Position numbers and translations under genes: made by a program | Shown here: one piece after another, positions 25,313-32,000 of the stretch | Position numbering within the stretch: the stretch's first letter is position 1 | How the letters are laid out: each line of letters begins with the position of its first letter | The notes under the pieces: model-generated | What the model was told of the DNA's origin: nothing | What the model saw: only the letters and a program-made list of their open reading frames with translations | Databases searched by the model: none | Source: Aeropyrum pernix K1 | Lineage (GTDB): Archaea > Thermoproteota > Thermoprotei_A > Sulfolobales > Acidilobaceae | Direction of reading: 5' to 3' | NCBI RefSeq assembly: GCF_000011125.1 | Contig: NC_000854.2 | Span: forward strand, 420,001-452,000 | Length of the DNA stretch: 32,000 bases

Positions 25313-25656
25313 CCCGGGAGGCGGCGCCGGCCATAACCCGCCTTCTGTACTTCGGCGGCATTGGGCTAAGCGGTCTCCCCCCGGGCTTCGCGCGGCCCTC
25401 ACCGCCCGGGGGCCTTGCTCCGCCGGGGGCGGCCGTTTCACCGCATCCCCGGGGTTCCTCTGCGGTTTGCTGCCGCCCTGTTGCCAGGGCGGCCTAGCCG
25501 CGTCCTCGACACGCCCCGGGGCCGTGTCGTTTCTGTGCCGTTGCCACGGGTTTCACCCGTGCCCCTTGCGGGGCCCGGCCGCCGCGGGGAGGGCGGAGTT
25601 TCCTCAGCCCCCCTGGCTGGGGGGCCGTGGGCCGCCGGCCGGCGCCGCCTCCCGGG
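25313..25656 (-). ncRNA. rnpB: RNase P RNA (archaeal type A-like)
   Basis: Read on the minus strand. A perfect 20-bp terminal helix joins CCCGGGAGGCGGCGCCGGCC (25656-25637) to GGCCGGCGCCGCCTCCCGGG (25332-25313). GAGGAAACUCCGCCC (25605-25591) resembles CR-I GAGGAAAGUCC. There are GGUGAAACCC and GGUGAAACGG elements. GUACAGAAGGCGGGUUAUGG (25350-25331) resembles CR-V ACAGAA..GG.UUA. The preceding GCCCCCC-AGCCA-GGGGGGC forms a P3-like hairpin. Confidence 0.85.
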
Positions 25657-25708
25657 TTTACTCATTATTTTCCGCCGGGTTTTTACTGTTGGTTTTTGGG
25701 TTGGGGGT

Positions 25709-26722
25709 GTGCTTGCTAAGAAGTACCCGTTTCTCCTCGGTCTTGATAGGGTTTTGGAGCTTGTGACGGGGTTTAGGGGTGAGGCTGCTCGCCGTGTGTT
25801 GGCTGGTGATGAGGATCTTGTTGGGCTAGGTTTTAGGAGGGCTGTGGCGGCTGTTGAGGGCTGGCTTGACTATCCTTTTGCCGATACTGTTGAGGGCGAG
25901 GTTGCGAGCTTCTACTTGGGCTTGGCTATAGCCTATAGGGCTGGGCCTGCCGCGGTGTCTAGGGTTGTTGCCGGCGAGTATCTCAGGGCTTCGAGGCTGT
26001 TGGCCGGCGAGCCTGGGGAGGTCGCCTCGGGTATACTGGGGGGGCTGGGGTTTCCCGTTGAGCGTGGCGGGCTGAGTGTACCCTGGGTTGTGGATAGGCG
26101 TGGCGTTGTTATGCTCCCTCTGGGCTGGAGGATGGGGGTGGATGTTTTCCTGAGGCTCTCCGCCGCCGACGAGTCGAGCCCTGAGCTGAGGCTGGCTAAC
26201 CAGATGCTCCTATCTGGGAGTGTCTACCTTAGCGACGCTAGGCTTCGGGCTCTGGCGTCGGCAGCGTCGAGGCTGGCTATAGAGTCTAGGGTCTCTGAGG
26301 CCGCCTCCCTGGAGTCTGAGGCTGTGGAGAGGTATGCCAGGCATCTCGCCGCGCTGGCCGAGGGGGGGCTCCCGTTTATACCGGAGGCGCTTCCCCAGTG
26401 CATCAAGAATGTTTTCGCAAAGGCTGTTGGGGGGGAGAGGCTGGGCTGGCTGGAGCTCTACCTGGCCCTGGTCTTCCTGGCCAGGATAAGGGCTGGGCCG
26501 GATGCGGTGGAGGAGCTGTTGACCCCTAGCTTGGGAGAGAGGGTTGCAAGGCTGTTGGCTAGGGTTTACAGCCAGGCCCCGCCCGCCGACCACCAGCTAC
26601 CCCCCTGCGAGGTCCTCGCAGCCTCAGGGGTGTGCAGATGCCGCGGGAGCCTCCTCTCCGAGTATAGGAGGAGTGTGAGGAGCCTCCTCGGCCTGCCCGA
26701 CCGGGGGGCGGGAAGGAGATAA
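25709..26722 (+). CDS. priL: DNA primase large subunit PriL (Fe-S domain)
   Basis: LPQCIKNVFAKAVGGERLGWLELYLALVFLARIRAGPDAVEELL resembles the PriL PPCI...G..L.h..R..l..FL motif. Four Cys (PQC, PPC, CRC) could bind a 4Fe-4S cluster. The track ORF starts at 25415, but that part overlaps rnpB; the GTG at 25709 (VLAKKYPFLLGL) is the first plausible start past it. Confidence 0.65.
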   Translation: MLAKKYPFLLGLDRVLELVTGFRGEAARRVLAGDEDLVGLGFRRAVAAVEGWLDYPFADTVEGEVASFYLGLAIAYRAGPAAVSRVVAGEYLRASRLLAGEPGEVASGILGGLGFPVERGGLSVPWVVDRRGVVMLPLGWRMGVDVFLRLSAADESSPELRLANQMLLSGSVYLSDARLRALASAASRLAIESRVSEAASLESEAVERYARHLAALAEGGLPFIPEALPQCIKNVFAKAVGGERLGWLELYLALVFLARIRAGPDAVEELLTPSLGERVARLLARVYSQAPPADHQLPPCEVLAASGVCRCRGSLLSEYRRSVRSLLGLPDRGAGRR

Positions 26723-26760
26723 TTCCCCCGGGCGCACCTAGACTATAAAATATTATGGGT

Positions 26761-26848
26761 GCGGGGGTGCCCGAGCCAGGGCGAAGGGGGCGGGCTCAAG
26801 ACCCGTTGGCGTAGGCCGGCGTGGGTTCAAATCCCACCCCCCGCACCA
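26761..26848 (+). tRNA. tRNA-Leu (CAA), long variable arm, no intron, encoded CCA
   Basis: Acceptor GCGGGGG/CCCCCGC, anticodon stem GCGGG/CCCGU with loop CU-CAA-GA, variable arm UGGCGUAGGCCGGCG, T arm GTGGG-TTCAAAT-CCCAC, discriminator A, CCA. An AT-rich tract CTATAAAATATTAT sits just upstream. Confidence 0.92.
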
Positions 26849-26853
26849 CCCCT

Positions 26854-27540
26854 CTACACTGGCCACTTCTCCATCCTCCACGCCATATCCCAGAACATGT
26901 ACTCGTATCTAGTGGCCTTCCTGAATATCCTCTTTAGCCTGCTGTAGACTCCACCTTCCTCCGCCCACAGCCTGTCTACGGCTCTCCTATACTCTTCCAC
27001 CGCTTCTCCATACTCGCTGCTAAGGTATACCGACGCCCACCTCCTATACAGGTCTACACTGTTCTCCCTGAGGAGCCTCTCGTTGGCTATTGCTATCTCC
27101 CTGTAGCTCCAGTAGCATGGGAGGAGCGATACCATGCACTCCAGGGCGGTGCCGGTGCTGCAGGTTGCTATCATGAAGTTTACGTAAGCCTCGTTGGTGG
27201 GGGCGGGCTCCTCCCTGAGGACCTCGCTCAGGCTGAGCCCGAGCTCGCCCAGCAGCCTCTCGTAGTTGGCCATCTCCGTGGAGGCTAGGAAGCTTGCGTG
27301 GGACAGGGCCAGCCTGGCCACCTCGAAGCTCCACGACTTGGATGCTGCGATGCTTAGGCTCCTCACAAGGCCTACCAGGTAGTTATAGTCCTGGACAGCG
27401 TAGAACCTGAACTTATCCAGGGGGAGGCTCCCGCTGTAGAGTGCTTTGACGAAGGGGTGGCTGGGCAGCAGGCTCCAGAGATCCATATTATCCCTCTTCA
27501 GCCTATCACTCAGAAGCGACTCTCCCATACGGGGCACCAT
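26854..27540 (-). CDS. tenA: TenA family thiaminase II / aminopyrimidine aminohydrolase
   Basis: 228 aa. HPFVKAL..G.LP...F..Y..QDY.YL, and a C-terminal E..FWDMA pattern. Confidence 0.85.
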   Translation of the reverse strand: MVPRMGESLLSDRLKRDNMDLWSLLPSHPFVKALYSGSLPLDKFRFYAVQDYNYLVGLVRSLSIAASKSWSFEVARLALSHASFLASTEMANYERLLGELGLSLSEVLREEPAPTNEAYVNFMIATCSTGTALECMVSLLPCYWSYREIAIANERLLRENSVDLYRRWASVYLSSEYGEAVEEYRRAVDRLWAEEGGVYSRLKRIFRKATRYEYMFWDMAWRMEKWPV

Positions 27541-27562
27541 TGTTTTGGAAGGGGACTCCGGG

Positions 27563-27569
27563 ATATAAT
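27563..27569. promoter_or_regulatory. single ATATAAT element shared by divergent tenA and MFS genes
   Basis: Its centre is ~26 nt from the tenA ATG (27540) and ~30 nt from the MFS TTG (27596). The spacer is only 55 nt. Confidence 0.4.
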
Positions 27570-27595
27570 GCGGTTTAGCAGTAGCGCTGGGTGGC

Positions 27596-28753
27596 TTGCA
27601 GATGGATAGGGGTGGGGTTCTGAGGGTTGCAGCGGCGGCGCTTCCAGCCTACGCCTACTTCTACAACGTGGGCTCCATAGGCTTCTGGCTCCCCCTCCAC
27701 GTGAGGGAGCTCGGCTGGCCATACACCTACATAACGCTGATAGCCACCTGGTACTTCGTCGCCGTCACCCTGGCCACCCCCCTCGTCGGCCTGCTCTCCG
27801 ACCTGACCAGGAGGCCGGGCTACATACTGGCTGGCGGCATGGCTGTGGTGGCCGCCACCTCGGTGGCCATACCCCACGTGGAGAACCCTCCACTACTCAT
27901 GGCACTCAGGGCCCTCCAGGGCCTGGGGCTGGCCGTGGGTCTCCCGATAGCCCTCGGCAGCCTCTCGCTTATACAGGGTGTTAGGAGGGGTGTGGCCTCG
28001 ACTGTTATAGCCTCGGGGCTGGGAATGTCGGGGGGAGCATTCCTCTCCGGCCTCATGGTGGAGTACCTGGGGTTCCCGGCGCTCTTCTACGCGGCCGCAG
28101 TCCCCGCTGCACTCTCAACCCTAGTGGCTTTGGGGTGGAGGCCGCCTCCCCCTCCCTCCGGGAGCCCCGGGCTCCTGGCCGCCCTCCGGAGTATGCCGTG
28201 GGAGGTGCTTGTTGTAATGGCTGGTATAGCGGTTAGGAACACGTTCGCCAGCGGGGTGTTCAGCGTTGTATCCATTATTTTTAACAAGATAGTGGGGATA
28301 TCCTATACAGCCACCGGAGTGGTGCTGGCTATAAACCCCGCGGTGCAGGCTTCCGTCACAACAGTTTTCGAGAGGATCATGAGGGGCCGAGCTCTCCTCC
28401 TATACTCCACAGGCCTGAGCGGCACCGCTCTAGCGTTCTACCTCTACCTGACAGCAGGCTCAGCGCTGGACCTAGCAGCCGCCCAGATAGCCCTAGGAGC
28501 CTTCTACGGCGCCACCGTAGTCTCCGGAAACACCATGATAATAGCCCTGGCCCCCAGCGAGATAAGGTACACCGCATCAAGCCTCTACACATTCGCCTTC
28601 AACATAGGCTGGATACTAGGCACTAGCATAGCCGGGAAGGTTATGGACGCGGCCGGCGTAGACGCATGGATAAAGCTGGCTATCGCAGGCACCCTAGTCT
28701 CAGGGCTGATACCCCTGACACTGCTGGCGTCACCCAGGGCGAGAAGGATATAG
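27596..28753 (+). CDS. major facilitator superfamily transporter
   Basis: 385 aa with about 10-12 hydrophobic spans. GLLSDLTRRPGY resembles MFS motif A (G-x-L-x-D-R-x-G-R). Confidence 0.8.
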   Translation: MQMDRGGVLRVAAAALPAYAYFYNVGSIGFWLPLHVRELGWPYTYITLIATWYFVAVTLATPLVGLLSDLTRRPGYILAGGMAVVAATSVAIPHVENPPLLMALRALQGLGLAVGLPIALGSLSLIQGVRRGVASTVIASGLGMSGGAFLSGLMVEYLGFPALFYAAAVPAALSTLVALGWRPPPPPSGSPGLLAALRSMPWEVLVVMAGIAVRNTFASGVFSVVSIIFNKIVGISYTATGVVLAINPAVQASVTTVFERIMRGRALLLYSTGLSGTALAFYLYLTAGSALDLAAAQIALGAFYGATVVSGNTMIIALAPSEIRYTASSLYTFAFNIGWILGTSIAGKVMDAAGVDAWIKLAIAGTLVSGLIPLTLLASPRARRI

Positions 28754-28892
28754 AGCCTCTACATACATCAAAATATCCTAATCTTGCTTCTCCTCCTCTC
28801 GGCGGCCGTGGCTAGTGGGAGGCTGGAGCGGGAGACGGTTCATCCCGCCCTGCAAACGCGGCAAATGCTCCTAACGCGGGGGGTATGATGCC

Positions 28893-28905
28893 GGGGAAAA
28901 ACCCC
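28893..28905 (-). terminator. GGGG-TTTTT-CCCC element ~40 nt downstream of mdh
   Basis: The minus strand reads GGGGTTTTTCCCC: a T5 run with flanking complementary G4/C4. Confidence 0.3.
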
Positions 28906-28943
28906 TATGGTAGGATGGCCTGGTCTGGGAGGTGGTTTTGGTG

Positions 28944-29885
28944 TTACTCTCTGAGCTGTGGGGGTAGTGTTTCGACTAGCTTCTTCACAGCCTGCACTGC
29001 CTCGTCGAACTTTCTCTTCTCATCCTCGGTTAACGGCAGCTCTATTATCCTCTCTATACCGCTCTTGCCTATGACCGCGGGCACTTCAGCCACTATGTCG
29101 TTGTACCCGTACTCGCCCTGGAGGTAGAGGCTGTAGGGGTATATCCTCTTGGAGTCCCTCTTTATCGCCTCAACCGTGAGCACTAGCCCTGCCGCGGGGC
29201 CGTAGTTGCTGCTGTACCCCCTTAGCTCGGTTATCTTCGCCCCCGCGTTCACCGTCTCTGAGACAACCTCCTCTATCTCCTCCTTGGACATGAGGTGCTC
29301 CAGCGGGACGCCGCCCACGCTGGATAGCCTGGGCACCGGGAACATCTTCTGGCCGTGCATACCTAGCACTATGGCGTTGACGCTTTTGAAGCTGACTCCA
29401 AGCTTCTGGGAGATGTAGTAGGCCATCCTGGCGGAGTCGAGTATGCCGCTGAACCCTATAACCCTCTCCCTCGGGAACCCGGTCTTCTTGTACATTACGT
29501 AGGTCATCGCGTCGACAGGGTTAGTGGTTATAACCACTATGGCGTCCTTAGCGTAGGCCTTGATCTTCTCGGCCAGGTCGGCCATGGTGTTGGCGTTTGC
29601 CTCGAGGAGCTGCTCCCTAGTCATGCCGGGCTTCCTGCCTATACCTGCGGTAACCAGAACTATGTCGCTCCCCCTCATGTCCTCGTAGCTGTTGCTCCCA
29701 CTGATCCTTATGTCGACTCCGAGCTCGGCGGCGGCGTGGGCCAGGTCGAGCGCCTCGCCCTGGGGCTTCCCAGGGGTCCTGGCTATGAGTAGGAGGTCGT
29801 CGTAACCCCTCATCATAAGCATGACCGCTGTGGCCATTCCGACCTTGCCAGCGCCAAGTATTGTTATCAAGGGCTGTCCCACCAT
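28944..29885 (-). CDS. mdh: malate dehydrogenase (LDH-like MDH family)
   Basis: ITILGAGKVGMATA (GxGxxG), VTAGIGRKPGMTREQL, and the catalytic-His region VLGMHG. Confidence 0.92.
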   Translation of the reverse strand: MVGQPLITILGAGKVGMATAVMLMMRGYDDLLLIARTPGKPQGEALDLAHAAAELGVDIRISGSNSYEDMRGSDIVLVTAGIGRKPGMTREQLLEANANTMADLAEKIKAYAKDAIVVITTNPVDAMTYVMYKKTGFPRERVIGFSGILDSARMAYYISQKLGVSFKSVNAIVLGMHGQKMFPVPRLSSVGGVPLEHLMSKEEIEEVVSETVNAGAKITELRGYSSNYGPAAGLVLTVEAIKRDSKRIYPYSLYLQGEYGYNDIVAEVPAVIGKSGIERIIELPLTEDEKRKFDEAVQAVKKLVETLPPQLRE

Positions 29886-29907
29886 ATCCTCATAGTCTAA
29901 AGATGTA

Positions 29908-29918
29908 GAATTAATAAG
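29908..29918 (-). promoter_or_regulatory. TATA-like box (CTTATTAATTC on minus strand) ~28 nt upstream of the mdh ATG
   Basis: The position fits a leaderless transcript. Confidence 0.4.
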
Positions 29919-30024
29919 TCTCCGGAGTAACCGGCGGAACTCCGCGCCACGGGAATTTCTTAATTACGCTTGCTCTCCCAGGGCTAATTGGGATTGCGGG
30001 GGACGGGTGTTGCTGCTGCCCAGG

Positions 30025-32000
30025 ATGCTGGAGGAGGTGGTGTTAGCGGTCCCCGCCAGGGATTACGACAGGGTTGTGGCGGGGCTGGCAGTTGAGGGTA
30101 TATTCCACGTCGACTCGCCGCCCCAGGGCGTCAAGGGGGAGGTGGACAGGAGCTACAGGGCCCTGCTGACCCAGGCTTCCGAGAGGTCCTCGAGGATAAG
30201 GCAGTATTTCGACCTAGCGGGGGTGGAGCCCTACAGGGTGTCGGGGGTAGAGATAGAGGTTGGAGGGTGGGGCGAGAGCTGGAAGAGGTATCTAGAGAAG
30301 TACTCCGGGGTGGAGAAGTTCTACTCTGGCCTCCTTGAGGAGTACTCCGAGGCCGAGGCCAGGCTTAAGGAGCTTCTCGACATCGAGGCCAGGATAGCCC
30401 CTGTGGCGCATTTAGATGTTGATATAGCCAGGCTCTACAGGTCGGGGGCCTTCGACTTCGCAGTCTACTACGGGAGCTACTCTGAGGGGCTGGAGTCTAG
30501 GGTCGGCGAGATAGTGTCGAGGGTCGGCGGGCTCGCCGCCGTGGAGGCCTCGGGCGGCTCTGTGGTCGTCGCTGTTGCGGTTCCGAAGGGCGCTCTGTCA
30601 AAAATATCCCCCGAGATTCTCAGGCTGAACCTCTCGATATACACCCCCCCAGAGGGGGTTCCGGGGAGCCCGAGGGAGGCTATGGAGTACATTAGGGGGG
30701 AGAAGGCTAGGCTGGGTAGGAGGCTGGTTAGCATACAGGAGATGGCCTCCGAGAGGCTCGGCGAGCTGGCCGAGTTCTACACCGTCGTCACTGCGTTCGA
30801 AAACATCTTCAAGTTCTTAGTGTCGACCCTCCGGAGGGGTGAGACCAGGATAGTCAGGGGGTTTGTAGACGTCCGCGACTCTGGGAGGCTCAGGAGCATA
30901 GTGGATAGGATGACGCGGGGCAGCTACGTCCTCCTCAGCCTCGGCGTCAGGAGGGGCGGCGAGGCCCCAATCCCCAGCAAGGTGGACCTCCCCCAGTTCC
31001 TCAAACCCTTCTCCAGGGTTGTGGAGCTCTACGGGTATCCAGAGCCGAACGAGATAGTACCCACGGTGTTCCTCGCGATAACCCTACCCCTGACATTCGC
31101 CTTGATGTTCCCCGACGCAGGCCAGGGCCTCCTCGTACTCCTATTCTCGCTATTCTACCTGAGGAGGGTGAGCAGGGACTGGGCGTACGTGATAGCCGTT
31201 ATGGGGGGTGCGAGCGTAGTCTCGGGCCTGCTGGCGGGCGAGGTGTTCGGCCCTCTCGTGTCTAAGATGCTAGGTCTGCCGGAGCTGTGGTACAGGCTGG
31301 GTCTCGAGACGCCGCCCTACGCCATGCCGACGTACGCCATAGACCACGGTGAGGAGGAGCTTGTGCCTGTACTCGTCTATAGGGCGTTGAACGTCAGCCT
31401 CTTCATGGGCGCCTTCATGCTGAGCTTCGGAACTTTTCTCGGCGTTGTGAACGGGGTTATAAAGAGGGACTGGGTCGGCCTGGTGGAGTCTAGGCTGCCG
31501 AGGTTCCTCCTGTTCGCCTCGATAACAGGACCCTTCCTAGTCTACATGGACGCGGGGGAGGCTGGATCAGTCTTAAGGCAGGCCCTCCTAGAGCTGGGGG
31601 GCGACAGCATAGCGGCTAAGCTGGTTCTAGCCGGCTCTGTGCTCGGCCTGGCCTGGATGCTGCTGGCAGGCCCCATAATCTACATGCTCGAGGGCCACAG
31701 CCCCCTGGCAGGCCTAGCCAACAGCTTCCTGGAGGCCTACGAGTCTCTGCTCATGCTGGTGGGCAACATACCCAGCTTCCTCAGGATTATGGCCCTAGCC
31801 CTCGCCCACTCCAGCCTGATGTTCGTCATCTACTACCTAACAGTCATGATAATGCAGGGCGGCATACTGGCCGACGTTGTGGGTGCCCTCCTGTACGTGG
31901 GAGGCAACCTCGCCGTGGCTGCTATGGAGGGGCTGCTGGCGTTCGCCCACGCCTCGAGGCTGCACTTCTACGAGTGGTTCAGCAAGTTCTACAGCGGCAC
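30025..32000 (+). CDS. atpI: A-type (V-type) ATP synthase subunit I, C-terminus beyond window edge
   Basis: Not in the ORF track because it has no stop in the window. My translation is open from 30007 to 32000. It has a hydrophilic N-terminal half, then TM segments with PSFLRIMALALAHSSL and SRLHFYEWFSKFY, the hallmark a/I-subunit motifs. The start could be GTG 30007, TTG 30010 or ATG 30025. Confidence 0.9.
   Translation, partial: MLEEVVLAVPARDYDRVVAGLAVEGIFHVDSPPQGVKGEVDRSYRALLTQASERSSRIRQYFDLAGVEPYRVSGVEIEVGGWGESWKRYLEKYSGVEKFYSGLLEEYSEAEARLKELLDIEARIAPVAHLDVDIARLYRSGAFDFAVYYGSYSEGLESRVGEIVSRVGGLAAVEASGGSVVVAVAVPKGALSKISPEILRLNLSIYTPPEGVPGSPREAMEYIRGEKARLGRRLVSIQEMASERLGELAEFYTVVTAFENIFKFLVSTLRRGETRIVRGFVDVRDSGRLRSIVDRMTRGSYVLLSLGVRRGGEAPIPSKVDLPQFLKPFSRVVELYGYPEPNEIVPTVFLAITLPLTFALMFPDAGQGLLVLLFSLFYLRRVSRDWAYVIAVMGGASVVSGLLAGEVFGPLVSKMLGLPELWYRLGLETPPYAMPTYAIDHGEEELVPVLVYRALNVSLFMGAFMLSFGTFLGVVNGVIKRDWVGLVESRLPRFLLFASITGPFLVYMDAGEAGSVLRQALLELGGDSIAAKLVLAGSVLGLAWMLLAGPIIYMLEGHSPLAGLANSFLEAYESLLMLVGNIPSFLRIMALALAHSSLMFVIYYLTVMIMQGGILADVVGALLYVGGNLAVAAMEGLLAFAHASRLHFYEWFSKFYSG

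Noticed and set aside
25415-25708. N-terminal ~100 codons of the 435-aa ORF (MLRRGRPFHRIPGVPLRF...)
   Set aside because: This part overlaps the RNase P RNA on the opposite strand and is Arg/Pro/Gly-rich. PriL homology begins only after ~25709.
26743-26756. CTATAAAATATTAT considered as the tRNA-Leu TATA box
   Set aside because: Its centre is only ~14 nt from the mature 5' end, too close for a standard archaeal TATA-to-TSS distance. The tRNA may instead be driven from further upstream or be co-transcribed with priL, so I did not list it as a promoter.
26759-26947. 62-aa plus-strand ORF
   Set aside because: Its 5' part is the tRNA-Leu gene and its 3' part is antisense to tenA.
28885-28953. C-box-like AUGAUGC (28885-28891) with a CUGA ~60 nt downstream
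   Set aside because: There are no D'/C' boxes at the proper spacing, and the CUGA lies inside the mdh coding sequence (antisense).

Overview
This is a GC-rich, densely packed chromosomal segment with AGG/ATA-biased codon usage. The gene content points to a hyperthermophilic crenarchaeon, and together with the origin-box sequence it looks Aeropyrum-like, though I cannot verify that here. Most genes are housekeeping: GGGP synthase, Elf1, SAH hydrolase, M20 peptidase, SpeH-type pyruvoyl decarboxylase, PEP synthase, Sec61beta, TiaS, HisRS, RpiA, PriL, TenA, an MFS transporter, malate dehydrogenase and A-ATPase subunit I.

Two real ORFs are missing from the supplied track because they run off the window edges. 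One is a giant minus-strand surface protein at 1-5475 (over 1800 aa in the window, with a signal peptide and at least 12 tandem beta-sandwich modules). The other is atpI at 30025-32000.

RNA genes found by hand:
- an intron-containing tRNA(CAU) at 8497-8611
- a candidate C/D box sRNA 10 nt downstream of it
- RNase P RNA at 25313-25656 (minus strand), hidden under the N-terminus of a 435-aa track ORF
- tRNA-Leu(CAA) at 26761-26848

The most notable non-genic feature is the ORF-free 24.84-25.31 kb spacer. It has the architecture of an Orc1/Cdc6-type replication origin: four ORB-like boxes, two of them a perfect 22-mer, bracket a ~100-bp AT-rich element. There is no orc1/cdc6 gene in the window; rnpB and priL sit next door.

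I saw no CRISPR array, transposase, integrase or recognisable defence island. Many track ORFs are antisense shadows typical of GC-rich DNA.
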